A stretch of DNA of 64,000 nucleotides from NCBI GenBank assembly GCA_018399715.1, contig JAGYNR010000001.1:8128-72127 (forward strand), written 5' to 3'. The number at the start of each line of letters is the position of its first letter. Position 1 is the stretch's first letter. This DNA comes from Desulfobacterales bacterium (lineage in GTDB: Bacteria; Desulfobacterota; Desulfobacteria; Desulfobacterales; SKZT01). The notes beneath the pieces are model-generated. The model ran no database searches. It worked only from the letters and a program-made list of their open reading frames with translations, and was not told the DNA's origin. A program made the translations under genes and the position numbers. Of this stretch, positions 41,684-52,970 are shown in pieces.

Positions 41684-42084
41684 TAATTCGATAATCTGTT
41701 AACAAAATGATAATTTCACTTTTCATAATAAAATCATGAACAATGGCAAGTCAAACAAATGATCAAAACTTTTGAAGCTTTTTCACCCTCAAATTGTCAG
41801 CGAATCAGTGAATCATTGATTTTACCAACATATGATATTCATTTTAATTTTATAGGGTTTTGGTGGATATCTTGGTGGGAAAAATCTAAATATCGAATGA
41901 TGGAAGATAGATTTACTGAAATAATTGGGTTAACCCGGCAATCAAGAAAGCGACACAATTTCGGTCAACCAGGGGAAGTACTGCAATTCGAAATCTGATC
42001 CTTACTCCCGTGGCAATAAGGATATAGCCGCTTTCTTGATTTTACCACTCCAGAAAGATGAGAATGGTTGGCAGAAAACATTTT

Positions 42085-42119
42085 CCGGCAGACACCCCCG
42101 TCACATGGATGTCTGCCGG
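42085..42119 (-). terminator. stem-loop downstream of acs (possible terminator)
   Basis: Perfect 10-bp stem CCGGCAGACA / TGTCTGCCGG with a 15-nt loop, 48 nt after the acs stop. The U-tract is weak. Confidence 0.4.
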
Positions 42120-42166
42120 ATATTTAATCAATAGATATATTCGTCAACCTGTTTTGTTTGAAAAAA

Positions 42167-44152
42167 TTATCCCAGTCGATTTTTCACCAGCTCCTCAATT
42201 ACGGCTGAGTCTTCCAAAGTGGATACATCTCCGAGTTCATCTACTTTGTTTTCAACTATTTTTCTTAAAATTCTTCGCATAATTTTACCGCTTCTGGTTT
42301 TGGGCAGTGCCGGTGCAAATTGAAGCTTATCCGGACTTGCAATTGCACCAATCTCTTTGCGGACATGGCTAACCAACTCTTTGCGAAGGTCATCAGATGG
42401 CTCATGCCCCATTTTCAGGGTTACAAACACATAGATCCCCTGGCCTTTGATTTCATGAGGCATTCCCGCCGCAGCGGCCTCAGCCACAGCATCATGCATA
42501 ACCAATGCACTTTCTACATCTGCCGTACCAATTCGGTGACCCGATACATTGATAACATCATCAACACGTCCCTGCAGAAAATGGTATCCTTCCTCATCGA
42601 CGAGGACACCGTCACCGGTAAAGTACATTCCCGGAAACTGGGTAAAATAGGTATCAATCCATCTTTGATGATCACCATAGATCGTTCTTGAAAGAGCTGG
42701 CCACGGTTTCTCCATGCACAGGTGACCGGCTTCTCCCGGAGGCATTTTTTGTCCCAGTTTAGATGGATCGTCTACACCGGGATCAGCGGATCTCGGCACG
42801 ACACCAAAGAATGGAAAAGTTGCTGAACCTGGTTTTGTAGGCCATGCACCCGGTAACGGCGCAATGAGAATTCCGCCGGTCTCTGTTTGCCACCATGTAT
42901 CCACGATAGGACAATTTTCTTTACCCACATTTTTATGATACCATTTCCAGGCATCCGGATTGATCGGTTCTCCGACAGACCCCAAAACCCGAAGGCTTTT
43001 CATCGGATGTTTAGCCGGCCATTCCTCACCCTGACGGGACAGAGCCCGAATCACGGTGGGAGCGGTATAACAAACGTTGATTTCATAGCGTTCAATCAAA
43101 TCCCACGCACGGTCTGGTGCCGGCCACAATGGTGTCCCTTCATACATAAAACTGGTGGTGCCGTTTAACAGCGGCCCGTAAACAATGTAGCTGTGGCCTG
43201 TAATCCATCCGATATCCGCCATACACCAAAAGGTGCTTTCCGGTTGCAGATCGAAAATGTATTTAGTGGTGAGGTATACATAGAGCATGTATCCACCGGT
43301 CGTATGTACCTGGCCTTTGGGTTTTCCGGTGCTGCCGCTGGTATATAAAATAAACAGCGGATCTTCAGCTTCCATTTGTTCACATTCACAAAAGTTGCTG
43401 ATGTCATCAGCGTTTATTTCATCATTCCACCAGGTATCGCGTCCCTCTGTCCATGGAATTTCCGAACCGGTGCGTTGGACCACGATACAATCAGTTACGA
43501 GCGGGCAATCTTTCAATGCGTCATCAGCATTGGTTTTAAGATCGAATTTTCTGCCATTTCGAAGTGTTTGATCTACTGTAATCAACAATTTAGAGCCACT
43601 TTCCTGGATACGGTCTCTTAGTGCATCCGCAGAAAAACCACCAAACACAATGGCATGAATGATACCAAGTCGTGCGCAAGCCAGCATGGCTACCGGAAGT
43701 TCCCAAATCATCGGAAGATAAATACATACCCGGTCACCCTTTTTTAAGCCTTTTTTCTTCAGAACATTCGCAAATCGGCAAACTTCCCGGTGAAGCATCT
43801 GATAGGAAAAAACCTTGACATCTTCATCCGGTTCCCCTTGCCATAACAACGCAACCCGATTTTTGGTCGGGTTGTCCAAATGACGATCTAAAGCGTTATA
43901 ACAAACATTGGTATATCCGCCTTTGAACCATTCATGAAAAACCTTTCCCTTCTGGGTATCGAAATTGTAATCAAGAATTTTCTCCGGCTTTTTGTACCAA
44001 AAAAGTTCTTCGGACATTTCACGCCAGAAATTTTCAGGATCTTCAATAGATCGTTTGTACATCTCCTGATACTTTTCGTAACTATTGATCAATGCTTTGG
44101 ATTTAAATTCTTCATCCGGATAAAATTTACCGTCCTTTTCGATCACTCCCAT
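42167..44152 (-). CDS. acs: acetyl-CoA synthetase (acetate--CoA ligase)
   Basis: 661 aa. YTSGSTGKPKG. The typical Acs N-terminus and the C-terminal PKTRSGKIMRRILRKI. Confidence 0.9.
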   Translation of the reverse strand: MGVIEKDGKFYPDEEFKSKALINSYEKYQEMYKRSIEDPENFWREMSEELFWYKKPEKILDYNFDTQKGKVFHEWFKGGYTNVCYNALDRHLDNPTKNRVALLWQGEPDEDVKVFSYQMLHREVCRFANVLKKKGLKKGDRVCIYLPMIWELPVAMLACARLGIIHAIVFGGFSADALRDRIQESGSKLLITVDQTLRNGRKFDLKTNADDALKDCPLVTDCIVVQRTGSEIPWTEGRDTWWNDEINADDISNFCECEQMEAEDPLFILYTSGSTGKPKGQVHTTGGYMLYVYLTTKYIFDLQPESTFWCMADIGWITGHSYIVYGPLLNGTTSFMYEGTPLWPAPDRAWDLIERYEINVCYTAPTVIRALSRQGEEWPAKHPMKSLRVLGSVGEPINPDAWKWYHKNVGKENCPIVDTWWQTETGGILIAPLPGAWPTKPGSATFPFFGVVPRSADPGVDDPSKLGQKMPPGEAGHLCMEKPWPALSRTIYGDHQRWIDTYFTQFPGMYFTGDGVLVDEEGYHFLQGRVDDVINVSGHRIGTADVESALVMHDAVAEAAAAGMPHEIKGQGIYVFVTLKMGHEPSDDLRKELVSHVRKEIGAIASPDKLQFAPALPKTRSGKIMRRILRKIVENKVDELGDVSTLEDSAVIEELVKNRLG

Positions 44153-44506
44153 TCATTGTCCTCCTTCAATCTTTGATTAGCATGGCTTTTAATAAAAGTC
44201 CTGCCACGTTATAAATAAAATCTCTTTCTGGCTTGAAATATTTTCAGAAAGCCGACGACTATCGACAAAATCACCTTCATCTTAAAATTGAACCAGCTTC
44301 ATCAAATAAACGGCTCTCTATAATTCATTAAATCATTACTTCAAAAAGCAAACATCATACCATTGGTGGTTTCCGACTAACGAGCTGTTAAATGAGAATG
44401 TTTCAGGCTACATCAACGCCCATGTTTTTTCATCAACCCCTACAATAAAAGTTGTTTGGGAAATCTCATGGTAGGATTAAAGATAAGGAAAATTCAGATA
44501 AAATAT

Positions 44507-44545
44507 TGCCTGAACGAAAACCGCCTTTTTTTTCAATCAAAATTG
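44507..44545. repeat. Repeat family B, degenerate fragment
   Basis: TGCCTGAACGAAAACC (TIR-like) followed by ATCAAAATT (3' arm of the core hairpin). Confidence 0.4.
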
Positions 44546-44729
44546 TACATACAAATAAAGTTGTAGATATTTTAGGGAAGTGATTATGGTTGTTATACGA
44601 TGAATAAGAAAATATTTTTTAATTTGTCTCTTTTATTTTTTGAATAGAACAGTTATGATAATATTTAAAAAGGCAGTTGAAGTTGTATTGATATATGAAT
44701 ATAATTTGATTGAAATATAAGCTGCCCCC

Positions 44730-44906
44730 AGGACGAGTGATTATTTACGGAATAGCCCGAAGGCAGGAATATGTTTTAAATAATGTATTCCGTGAATTCG
44801 TGCGTTTCGGTGCAGCAGGTTATATGAGAATCCCGCCAACATAACCCTACCTTTATAAATACTTCGGCCTTTTATTGAGAGGGAAATAATCACTCGTCCT
44901 TTTTTT
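44730..44906 (+). promoter_or_regulatory. 171-nt structured element in the cobO leader, closed by a perfect 17-bp stem and followed by a T6 run
   Basis: AGGACGAGTGATTATTT (44730-44746) pairs perfectly with AAATAATCACTCGTCCT (44884-44900). Internal helices include ACGGAATA/TATTCCGT. TTTTTT follows, then AGGAG and the ATG at 44941. Confidence 0.5.
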
Positions 44907-44940
44907 AATTTCAATACTTCCGGATTCCAGGAGAAATCAT

Positions 44941-45459
44941 ATGAAAGGATATGTTCAGGTCTACACGGGGGATGGCAAGGGAAAAACAACTGCTGCCCTT
45001 GGATTGGCAATCCGGGCGGTTGGTGCCGGCTACAAGGTTTTTATCGGCCAGTTTATTAAAATGGGAGAATATAGCGAAATCAAAGCGTTAAAAGAACGTT
45101 TTTCCGACATGGTTACCATTGAACAGTTTGGTTCCGGGCGATTTGTAAAAGGCACGCCCACCCCTGAGCAGATTGAACTGGCACGTAAGGGTATTGAAAG
45201 GATTCAATCCGTTATGGTTTCCGGAGAATTTCAGGTTATTATCCTCGAAGAGGCGAATATAGCAGTATCTTTGGGACTTCTTTCATCTGAGCAACTGCTG
45301 GCGTTAATTGACACAAAGCCAAAAAATGTCGAGCTGGTGTTTACCGGCCGCAATGCTCCTGACTTCTTGATGAACAAAGCCGATCTGGTAACTGAGATGA
45401 AAGAAATAAAGCATTATTTTAAAAAAGGTGTCAGAGCCCGCACCGGTATTGAAAAGTAA
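44941..45459 (+). CDS. cobO: cob(I)yrinic acid a,c-diamide adenosyltransferase
   Basis: MKGYVQVYTGDGKGKTTAALGLAIRAVGAG P-loop. 172 aa. Confidence 0.85.
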   Translation: MKGYVQVYTGDGKGKTTAALGLAIRAVGAGYKVFIGQFIKMGEYSEIKALKERFSDMVTIEQFGSGRFVKGTPTPEQIELARKGIERIQSVMVSGEFQVIILEEANIAVSLGLLSSEQLLALIDTKPKNVELVFTGRNAPDFLMNKADLVTEMKEIKHYFKKGVRARTGIEK

Positions 45460-45474
45460 CTTCAGGAAAAAAAA

Positions 45475-46002
45475 TTGTCATTGAGTAAAAACACATTGGT
45501 AATCGGAGGATGTAGAAGTGGTAAAAGTCGCCATGCGCTGACCCTGGCAGAAAAAAATTCAACCAAAAACAGGATTTTTATCGCAACCTGTATCCCTTTT
45601 GATAATGAAATGAAACACCGGGTTTCAAGGCACCAAAAAGAACGTGGTATCACCTGGAAAACAGTAGAAACGCCGCTTGATGTTGCAGAGGCCGTATTAC
45701 AAAACAGTGCCGGTTCGGAGGTTATTCTGATAGATTGCCTGACATTATGGATATCTAATCTGATGATGGAAACAGAGGATTCCAGCGTAATTTCAAATTA
45801 CTACGAACGTCTGGCAACAGCATTGCAAAAGGCCGAATGTCCTGTAATTTTGGTTTCAAATGAGGTCGGCACCGGAATTGTTCCGGAAAATCGGCTGGCG
45901 CGTTTATACAGGGATATGGTCGGTTTAGCAAATCAGAAAGTTGCTGCTTGTGTAGACCGGGTAATTTGGATGGTCGCCGGAATACCGGTCCAAATTAAAT
46001 AG
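45475..46002 (+). CDS. cobU: adenosylcobinamide kinase / adenosylcobinamide-phosphate guanylyltransferase
   Basis: LVIGGCRSGKSRHA P-loop, HRVSRHQKERG and VSNEVG. TTG start. Confidence 0.8.
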   Translation: MSLSKNTLVIGGCRSGKSRHALTLAEKNSTKNRIFIATCIPFDNEMKHRVSRHQKERGITWKTVETPLDVAEAVLQNSAGSEVILIDCLTLWISNLMMETEDSSVISNYYERLATALQKAECPVILVSNEVGTGIVPENRLARLYRDMVGLANQKVAACVDRVIWMVAGIPVQIK

Positions 46003-46016
46003 GCACTAAATAATGA

Positions 46017-46039
46017 AACGCATTCATATGAATTGCGTT
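46017..46039. terminator. imperfect hairpin between convergent cobU and radical-SAM genes
   Basis: AACGCATTCA-TA-TGAATTGCGTT with one bulge, lying between two gene ends. Confidence 0.4.
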
Positions 46040-46067
46040 ATTCACAAGACAGATAAACTTAGACAGC

Positions 46068-47078
46068 TTAGGGAACGATTTCTTCTTTCAACATGCAGCA
46101 GGCGATTCGATAGACGGGGCAACCGTCATCTGAATAACTCAGGTTTTCCGGTTGAATGATTTTGTTCATGACACATCCTTCAGGAATGGAAAGACCGAAA
46201 AGATCGCACTCATTTATTTTTGGCGTAGATAATAATTGGTTTTCCCTGATAACCATCCCATGAATGGGATAGTCTTCGCAAAGGGGACAGCGATATACCC
46301 TGCCATTTGGAAAAATAAAATAATTATCCGCCACGAGGCCGGCACAATGAAATGGTTCTTCAGGATCCAGAAATACTTTCGGCCAGGTAACCGTAATGCC
46401 CATCTTTGCTACCTTTTCAGCAACAGCAGGAACAATGGAAAGCCATTCGTCATGAGTTAACTGGAGTTTATCATTATCTTTGGCGCGGTTTCCGGCTGAT
46501 TTTCCTCGTATGCCAATCACCTGAATAAAAAACCGTTCCACGCCCAGATCTTTCAACAACTGAGGCATATGGCTTAACTGAGCGATATTTTCCCGGCTCA
46601 CCGTATAAATCAGGCTGGTATGAAATCCTTTTTTTACCGCACGGCGAAGACCGGATATACATTTATCAAAGCTGCCTTCCCCCCGGATAGGATCATTAAT
46701 GGACGGGGAAGGGCCATCCAGACTGAAACTCAAATAATTTACCTCCTCCGGTGTCACCTTGTCCAAAATATCATGGAATAAATATCCATTGGTATCCACA
46801 GTCACCGATCCATATCCTACCTGCCATGCAATTTTAATCGCAGCAGCCAGATCCGGATGAAGTGTCGGCTCACCCCCTAAAAAAATAACATTTGCGCGCT
46901 TATTTTTTCCCGGAAAAATTTTCAACCAGGATTTGATGGTTGAAAGGGAAAGTGTTTTTCTTCCATGCTGCTCAGGGTTGATATAACAATGCTTACAGTT
47001 AAGGTTACATTGAGTGAGAATATGGAAAAAAATATTTTTTGAATTTCTGGAGAAAGATACGGTTCTTCGGGTTGTCAT
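46068..47078 (-). CDS. radical SAM protein (possible SPASM-type C-terminal Cys cluster)
   Basis: CNLNCKHCY (CxxxCxxC), a GGEPTL glycine-rich SAM motif and a Cys-rich C-terminus. Confidence 0.75.
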   Translation of the reverse strand: MTTRRTVSFSRNSKNIFFHILTQCNLNCKHCYINPEQHGRKTLSLSTIKSWLKIFPGKNKRANVIFLGGEPTLHPDLAAAIKIAWQVGYGSVTVDTNGYLFHDILDKVTPEEVNYLSFSLDGPSPSINDPIRGEGSFDKCISGLRRAVKKGFHTSLIYTVSRENIAQLSHMPQLLKDLGVERFFIQVIGIRGKSAGNRAKDNDKLQLTHDEWLSIVPAVAEKVAKMGITVTWPKVFLDPEEPFHCAGLVADNYFIFPNGRVYRCPLCEDYPIHGMVIRENQLLSTPKINECDLFGLSIPEGCVMNKIIQPENLSYSDDGCPVYRIACCMLKEEIVP

Positions 47079-47173
47079 TTATTCCACCGGATTTAATCTA
47101 GATTCCTTTTTTCTTTAATCAATTTTTGCTGAATAATTCCATCCTAACTTTACGAATGTTGATTCTCCCACGA

Positions 47174-48589
47174 TTAAAACGATATTTCAAGACAGTTTTT
47201 ACCAAGATGCTCATCGAATTTCACCGGATACTTACCATCGAAACAGGCTTTGCAAAAATGATTTTCAGGATGTTCAATGCCGGTGGACTCCAAAAGCCCC
47301 TTCAGACTCAGATATTGCAATGAATCCAGACCAAGATAATCTTTTAGTTTATCAACGGATTTGGAAGCGGCGATCAATTCACCGCGTGTGGAGAAATCAA
47401 TTCCGTAATGGCAAGGATAACAGTGAGGCGGACAGCTAACCCGCATATGAATTTTTTTTACCCCCAGTTCACGGAGGGCTTTTACCCGTGTTTTGGCCGT
47501 AGTTCCCCGAATAATGGAGTCTTCAATAATAATAATTTCTTTTCCTTTTAACAAATCCCTGATCGGATTCAATTTAACCCTGACGCCAAAATCCCGCATA
47601 CTCTGAGTAGGCTGAATAAATGTCCGACCCACATAGTGGTTTCGAATCATACCCATCTCAAAAGGAATTCCGGATTCTTTCGAGTAACCGATAGCTGCAT
47701 AGGTACCCGAATCAGGAAACGGCATCACAATATCTGCATCCACCGGGGCTTCCCTGGCTAACCGTTGACCGTGTGCTTTTCGTATCTGATATACATTTTT
47801 TCCGTATATGGTGCTGTCAGGACGGGCAAAATAAATAAATTCAAAAATACAGAAACACCGTTTTGCGGAGGCTGAGGTCTGAAGGCTCTTAATGCCATCT
47901 TCACTGATAATAACAATTTCGCCGGGATCTAATTCCCTTACCAGCTCAGCTTGAACCAGATCAAGGGCACAACTTTCGGATGCCAGCACGTAATGTCCGT
48001 TCAAAATTCCCAGGCACAACGGCCGGAATCCATTCGGGTCTTTGATCCCGATCACGTTTCCGTCACTGGTAAGCATTACGAATGAAAAGGCGCCTCTTAG
48101 CTGTTCCACACTTTTAACCAATGCTTCTTCAAATCCATGTTTTAAATTTTTTACAAAAAGATGCAAGAAAACCTCACTATCCATGGTTGTCTGAAATATG
48201 GAGCCGGTTTCTTCCAAAGCCTTCTTTAGTGTATGGGCATTGACCAGATTTCCATTGTGGGCCACCCCGTAAGATTTTTTCTGATGATTAACCACAAAGG
48301 GCTGTGCATTGGATAAAATTGAACTTCCTGTAGTGGAGTAACGCACATGGCCAATCGCACTGGTTCCCTTCAGTTGTTTTAAATGTGACGCATCAAACAC
48401 CTCCGGCACCAATCCCATTCCCTTATGGGATACAATCTTATTGTTTTGAACCACCGCAATGCCCGCGCTCTCCTGGCCACGGTGCTGAAGTGCATAAAGA
48501 CCGAAATAAGTGAGTTTTTCCGATTCAAGATGATGATGAATTCCAAATATTCCGCAGGCTTCACGAGGTTTTTTCGGATAAGCCATAAA
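47174..48589 (-). CDS. purF: amidophosphoribosyltransferase
   Basis: The ACGIFGI Ntn-Cys follows a short propeptide. A PRTase motif and C-terminal Fe-S cysteines (CKACFDGKYP) are present. The ATG at 48589 has an AAGGAAG SD and removes the overlap with carB. Confidence 0.9.
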   Translation of the reverse strand, partial: FMAYPKKPREACGIFGIHHHLESEKLTYFGLYALQHRGQESAGIAVVQNNKIVSHKGMGLVPEVFDASHLKQLKGTSAIGHVRYSTTGSSILSNAQPFVVNHQKKSYGVAHNGNLVNAHTLKKALEETGSIFQTTMDSEVFLHLFVKNLKHGFEEALVKSVEQLRGAFSFVMLTSDGNVIGIKDPNGFRPLCLGILNGHYVLASESCALDLVQAELVRELDPGEIVIISEDGIKSLQTSASAKRCFCIFEFIYFARPDSTIYGKNVYQIRKAHGQRLAREAPVDADIVMPFPDSGTYAAIGYSKESGIPFEMGMIRNHYVGRTFIQPTQSMRDFGVRVKLNPIRDLLKGKEIIIIEDSIIRGTTAKTRVKALRELGVKKIHMRVSCPPHCYPCHYGIDFSTRGELIAASKSVDKLKDYLGLDSLQYLSLKGLLESTGIEHPENHFCKACFDGKYPVKFDEHLGKNCLEISF

Positions 48590-48599
48590 ATTTTCTTCC

Positions 48600-51500
48600 T
48601 TAAATATCATGATTAAATTCCTGAATAGTTTTAACGGAAAATTTTTTTTCTTTTAAAGCCTTAATGGCTTTACAAGCGGCAAGAGCCCCTGCAATGGTAG
48701 TGGTGTAAGGAAGCTGGTACTGAATAGCCGCCCGTCGTATTTGATAGCCATCCCGCCTGGCATTGGTTCCGGTGCCCGTATTGATGACCATCTGAATCTC
48801 GCCATTTTTAATAGCATCTACTACATGGGGACGTCCCAGGGAAATCTTGTTAACCGATTTGTTTTCAATATGATGTTGGGACAAAAAATTGGCGGTACCC
48901 CATGTGGCTAAAATATGAAACCCCATCTGTCTGAACTGATCTGCTATTGGAAGCATTGCTGTTTTGTGGCTATCCATCACACTGATAAACACGGTCCCCT
49001 CTAATGGGAGCCGTTGCCTGGCTCCGAATTGTGCCTTGGCATAGGCAGTACCGAAATCAGCGCCAATGCCCATGACTTCACCTGTCGATTTCATTTCGGG
49101 TCCCAAAAGGGTATCCACATCCGGAAAACGGTCAAAAGGCATCACGGCCTCTTTTACCGAAATATGCCGGGGGATTGTTTCTCTCGTGAGTCCCAATTCT
49201 TCCAGTGTACGGCCCAGCATAACTTTTGTTGCCAACTTGGCGAGAGGAATCCCGGTCGCCTTGCTGACAAACGGAATGGTTCTGGAGGCTCTTGGATTTA
49301 CTTCCAAGACAAATAAGCGATTATCCTTGACAGCATACTGAACATTCATAAGCCCTATCACATTCAACTCTTTTGCCATTGCCCGCGTGGCAACGATAAC
49401 ATCATTTAATATTTCTGCCGAAATGCTGTAGGGTGGCAGCACACAGGCCGAATCTCCGCTGTGTATCCCAGCTTCCTCGATATGCTCCATAATTCCCCCA
49501 ATAATGGTCATTTTGCCATCCGAAACAGCATCCACATCCAGTTCTACCGCATCCTCGAGAAATTTATCGATTAACACCGGATGGCCTGGTGATGCCAGAA
49601 GTGCCTGTGAGGTAAATTTTTCCAACTCCTGTCGGTTGTACACGATTTTCATTGCCCGTCCACCAAGGACAAATGATGGCCTGACCATAACCGGATAACC
49701 GATCCTTTCCGCAACTGTTATTGCCGCTTTCTCCGATAAAGCTGTATCGTTTGCAGGTTGCACCAGCCCCAGTTTGTGCAGCATCTCCTGGAACAGTTGA
49801 CGGTCCTCTGCCCGGTCGATGCTCTCGGGTTGAGTCCCTATGATGTGAACGCCGGCCTTCTGAAGAGGGGTCGAAAGATTTAGCGGTGTCTGTCCGCCGA
49901 ATTGCACGATTATTCCATCCGGCTTCTCCCTTTCGACAATATGCAGAACATCTTCCCGGGTCAAAGGTTCAAAGTAAAGCTTATCCGAAGTATCATAGTC
50001 CGTGCTGACGGTTTCGGGATTGCTGTTAACCATAATGCTCTCCACCCCCTCTTCTCTGAGAGCAAACGAGGCATGGACACAGCAGTAATCAAATTCTATT
50101 CCCTGGCCAATGCGGTTGGGACCTCCTCCTAAAATCATTACCTTTTTCCGACCGGTCACCCGGGCTTCGTCTTCCTGTTCATAACTGGAGTAATAATAGG
50201 GAGTAACCGCTTCGAATTCTGCGGCACAGGTGTCCACCAGTTTATAGACAGGGATAATCCCCATGGTTTTTCGTTGTGTTTGAATAGCCTCCTCGGTAAC
50301 ACCGGAAATATGAGCCAGTTGAATGTCGGAAAATCCCCAGGATTTTGCTTTTTTCATCAGGGAAGCGGAAATATTGCCCTTTGTATTGGTTAGCTGTTTT
50401 TCCAGATCTACAATCTGACGAATCTGCTCAATAAACCAGGGATCGATTTGGGTTAATTTGCAGATGGTTTCCACATCTATTTTCTGCAATATGGCATGGC
50501 GCAAATAAAAGATACGCTGGGAGTTGGGCACCGCCAGTTTCTGCTTGATTTCCGCAACCTCCTGGAGTCTTTGTTGAAAATCGGGTATTTCTTTTCCATC
50601 GGCACCCAGACCGTAGCGGTTGATTTCCAGGGATCGCAACCCCTTTTGAAGGGCTTCCTTGAATGTCCGGCCGATCGCCATGGTTTCGCCTACCGATTTC
50701 ATGGAGGTAGTCAATAAGTCCTTGGTTTCAGGAAACTTTTCAAATGTCCACCGGGGAATCTTGACGACACAGTAATCCAGCGTGGGTTCAAAAGATGCCA
50801 GGGTTTTACCGGTAATATCATTGGGGATTTCATCCAGGGTATATCCAACGGCCAGCTTGGCGGCAATTTTTGCAATCGGAAAGCCTGTAGCCTTGGAGGC
50901 CAGTGCAGAGCTTCGGGAAACTCTGGGATTCATCTCCACTACAATCATTTCCCCTGTTTTCGGATGAATAGCAAACTGAACATTGGAACCACCTGTCGCC
51001 ACACCGATTTCTCTCATAATGGCGATGGAAGCATCTCTCATTGCCTGGTATTCCCGATCACTTAAGGTTTGAGCCGGAGCGACCGTAATGCTGTCACCCG
51101 TATGAATTCCCATGGGGTCCATGTTTTCAATCGAACAAATAATGACCACATTATCGTTATAATCCCGCATGACTTCGAGTTCATATTCTTTCCACCCCAG
51201 CACCGACTCTTCAAGCATAATCTGGTTGATCAGGCTGGCATCCAGGCCCGCGTTTGCCCATATTTCCAGGTCTTCGGGGTTGTAGGCAATGCCGCCGCCG
51301 GTGCCGCCCAACGTAAAAGACGGACGAACAATAATGGGAAATCCAATATCTTTTGCGATTTGACGAGCTTCGGCCATGGTTGTTGCAATACCGCTGTTGG
51401 GAATCCGGAGTCCGATTCGTTCCATAGCGTGCCTGAACAGATCCCGGTCTTCTGCTTTTTGTATGGATTTAGTGTTGGCACCGATCATTTCCACACCAAA

Positions 51501-51830
51501 ACGATCGAGAACCCCTCTTTTGGCAACTTCGATGGCGGTGTTAATCCCTGTTTGCCCGCCCAGGGTAGGCAAAAGGGCATCGGGCCGTTCCCTTTCGATT
51601 ATCATGGCGACAGATTCCGGAGTGACCGGCTCGATATAGGTTCGATGCGCCATACCGGGATCTGTCATAATCGTAGCCGGATTGCTATTGATCAAGACAA
51701 CCTCAAATCCTTCTTCCATTAAGGCTTTGCATGCCTGGGTACCGGAATAATCGAATTCACATGCCTGGCTGATAATAATAGGACCAGCTCCAATGATCAG
51801 AATTTTATGGATATCGGTGCGTTTGGGCAT
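48600..51830 (-). CDS. carB: carbamoyl-phosphate synthase large subunit
   Basis: 1076 aa with two ATP-grasp halves. N-terminus [30 protein letters not shown]. Confidence 0.95.
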   Translation of the reverse strand: MPKRTDIHKILIIGAGPIIISQACEFDYSGTQACKALMEEGFEVVLINSNPATIMTDPGMAHRTYIEPVTPESVAMIIERERPDALLPTLGGQTGINTAIEVAKRGVLDRFGVEMIGANTKSIQKAEDRDLFRHAMERIGLRIPNSGIATTMAEARQIAKDIGFPIIVRPSFTLGGTGGGIAYNPEDLEIWANAGLDASLINQIMLEESVLGWKEYELEVMRDYNDNVVIICSIENMDPMGIHTGDSITVAPAQTLSDREYQAMRDASIAIMREIGVATGGSNVQFAIHPKTGEMIVVEMNPRVSRSSALASKATGFPIAKIAAKLAVGYTLDEIPNDITGKTLASFEPTLDYCVVKIPRWTFEKFPETKDLLTTSMKSVGETMAIGRTFKEALQKGLRSLEINRYGLGADGKEIPDFQQRLQEVAEIKQKLAVPNSQRIFYLRHAILQKIDVETICKLTQIDPWFIEQIRQIVDLEKQLTNTKGNISASLMKKAKSWGFSDIQLAHISGVTEEAIQTQRKTMGIIPVYKLVDTCAAEFEAVTPYYYSSYEQEDEARVTGRKKVMILGGGPNRIGQGIEFDYCCVHASFALREEGVESIMVNSNPETVSTDYDTSDKLYFEPLTREDVLHIVEREKPDGIIVQFGGQTPLNLSTPLQKAGVHIIGTQPESIDRAEDRQLFQEMLHKLGLVQPANDTALSEKAAITVAERIGYPVMVRPSFVLGGRAMKIVYNRQELEKFTSQALLASPGHPVLIDKFLEDAVELDVDAVSDGKMTIIGGIMEHIEEAGIHSGDSACVLPPYSISAEILNDVIVATRAMAKELNVIGLMNVQYAVKDNRLFVLEVNPRASRTIPFVSKATGIPLAKLATKVMLGRTLEELGLTRETIPRHISVKEAVMPFDRFPDVDTLLGPEMKSTGEVMGIGADFGTAYAKAQFGARQRLPLEGTVFISVMDSHKTAMLPIADQFRQMGFHILATWGTANFLSQHHIENKSVNKISLGRPHVVDAIKNGEIQMVINTGTGTNARRDGYQIRRAAIQYQLPYTTTIAGALAACKAIKALKEKKFSVKTIQEFNHDI

Positions 51831-51838
51831 AATTATAT

Positions 51839-52969
51839 CTATTCCATGGATTTTTTAAATTCGGAAAACAGGTAAGACGCATCATGAGGACCCGGGGATG
51901 CTTCAGGATGATACTGAACCGCAAAGACCGGAAATTTCCGATGCCTGAACCCTTCCACAGTATTATCATTTAAATTGATATGAGTAATCTGAATATCCTT
52001 ATTTTCCAGACTTTCCATATCCACTGCAAACCCGTGATTCTGGGAGGTAATTTCCACCCGTCCTGTCATCAGATTTTTCACCGGCTGATTACTTCCCCGG
52101 TGACCGAATTTCAGTTTAAATGTCGTGCCTCCCAGTGCAAGCCCCAAAAGCTGAATACCCAGACAGATTCCGAAAATGGGTCGGTATTCCAAAAGCTGCC
52201 GGATTGTATCGACGGCATAGGTAATCGGTTCCGGGTCTCCGGGACCGTTGGACAAAAAAATACCATCCGGCTCCAAGGATCGGATAGTGTCTGCAGGCGT
52301 ATCTGCAGGCACCACAAGCACTTCAATCCCTTGATCACTTAAATTTCTCAGGATATTATATTTGATGCCAAAGTCAAGCGCGACTACCGATTTGCGGGTT
52401 CCTCTGAAATTCCAAACAGTTTTGTCCAGAGATGCTATATCTTTCAACAACTCCGGCCTGTTGTTGATCCATCGATAGGGAAATCGGGTGGTCACACCAC
52501 TGGCTAAGTCCTGACCGACCATCGATGGCGTCCGGCAAGCACGCTTCACCAGAGAATCAGGCTCCAGATCCTGGGTAGAAATCATTGCCCGCATGGCTCC
52601 GGCAGTTCGAATATGACGTGTCAAAGCCCTGGTATCAAGATTATCAACGCCAAGCACCCCATGGTTTTTGAGATAATCACCAAGGGTATCGGTTAACCGA
52701 TAATTGCTGGGTGACCCCTGATATTCTTTCATCAGAAACGCCGCCACCTGGATACGGTCCGACTCTATATCTTTCAGGTTGACACCATAGTTACCGATAA
52801 GCGGATAGGTCATGGTAACCATCTGTCCTCTGTATGAGGGATCGGTCAAAACTTCCTGATAACCGGTCATACTGGTATTAAATACCACCTCCCCCGAGGT
52901 TTCACCGTGTCCCGTGAAACTTCTGCAGGGAAAAGTTCTTCCATCTTCCAATGCTAAAAGTGCTTTCAT
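51839..52969 (-). CDS. carA: carbamoyl-phosphate synthase small (glutaminase) subunit
   Basis: 376 aa. The GICLGIQLL nucleophile elbow and the terminal HPE catalytic pair. Confidence 0.9.
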   Translation of the reverse strand: MKALLALEDGRTFPCRSFTGHGETSGEVVFNTSMTGYQEVLTDPSYRGQMVTMTYPLIGNYGVNLKDIESDRIQVAAFLMKEYQGSPSNYRLTDTLGDYLKNHGVLGVDNLDTRALTRHIRTAGAMRAMISTQDLEPDSLVKRACRTPSMVGQDLASGVTTRFPYRWINNRPELLKDIASLDKTVWNFRGTRKSVVALDFGIKYNILRNLSDQGIEVLVVPADTPADTIRSLEPDGIFLSNGPGDPEPITYAVDTIRQLLEYRPIFGICLGIQLLGLALGGTTFKLKFGHRGSNQPVKNLMTGRVEITSQNHGFAVDMESLENKDIQITHINLNDNTVEGFRHRKFPVFAVQYHPEASPGPHDASYLFSEFKKSME

Positions 52970-52970
52970 T

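Noticed and set aside
41759-41998. A 79-aa ORF in the usp-acs spacer.
   Set aside because: It has no SD, an odd Trp/Phe-rich composition and no recognisable motif, and it overlaps the inverted-repeat structure. It is probably non-coding.
44700-44940. A canonical cobalamin (B12) riboswitch upstream of cobO-cobU.
   Set aside because: It is expected from context, but I could not find the B12 box GCCACTG or the GGTG.AA.TCC / AGGGAA core in the right order on the coding strand. I report it only as an unassigned structured leader, and an Infernal scan is needed.
51069-51722. Long antisense or shadow ORFs inside large genes. Examples: 51069-51722 in carB, 17319-17849 opposite the helicase remnant, 58195-58758 in gltB1, 34080-34601 in the macB permease, 29982-30488 and 31535-32089 in the RND gene.
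   Set aside because: Each lies entirely within, and antisense to, a strongly supported conserved gene. They have low-complexity, Arg/Ser/Pro-rich translations typical of shadow frames.
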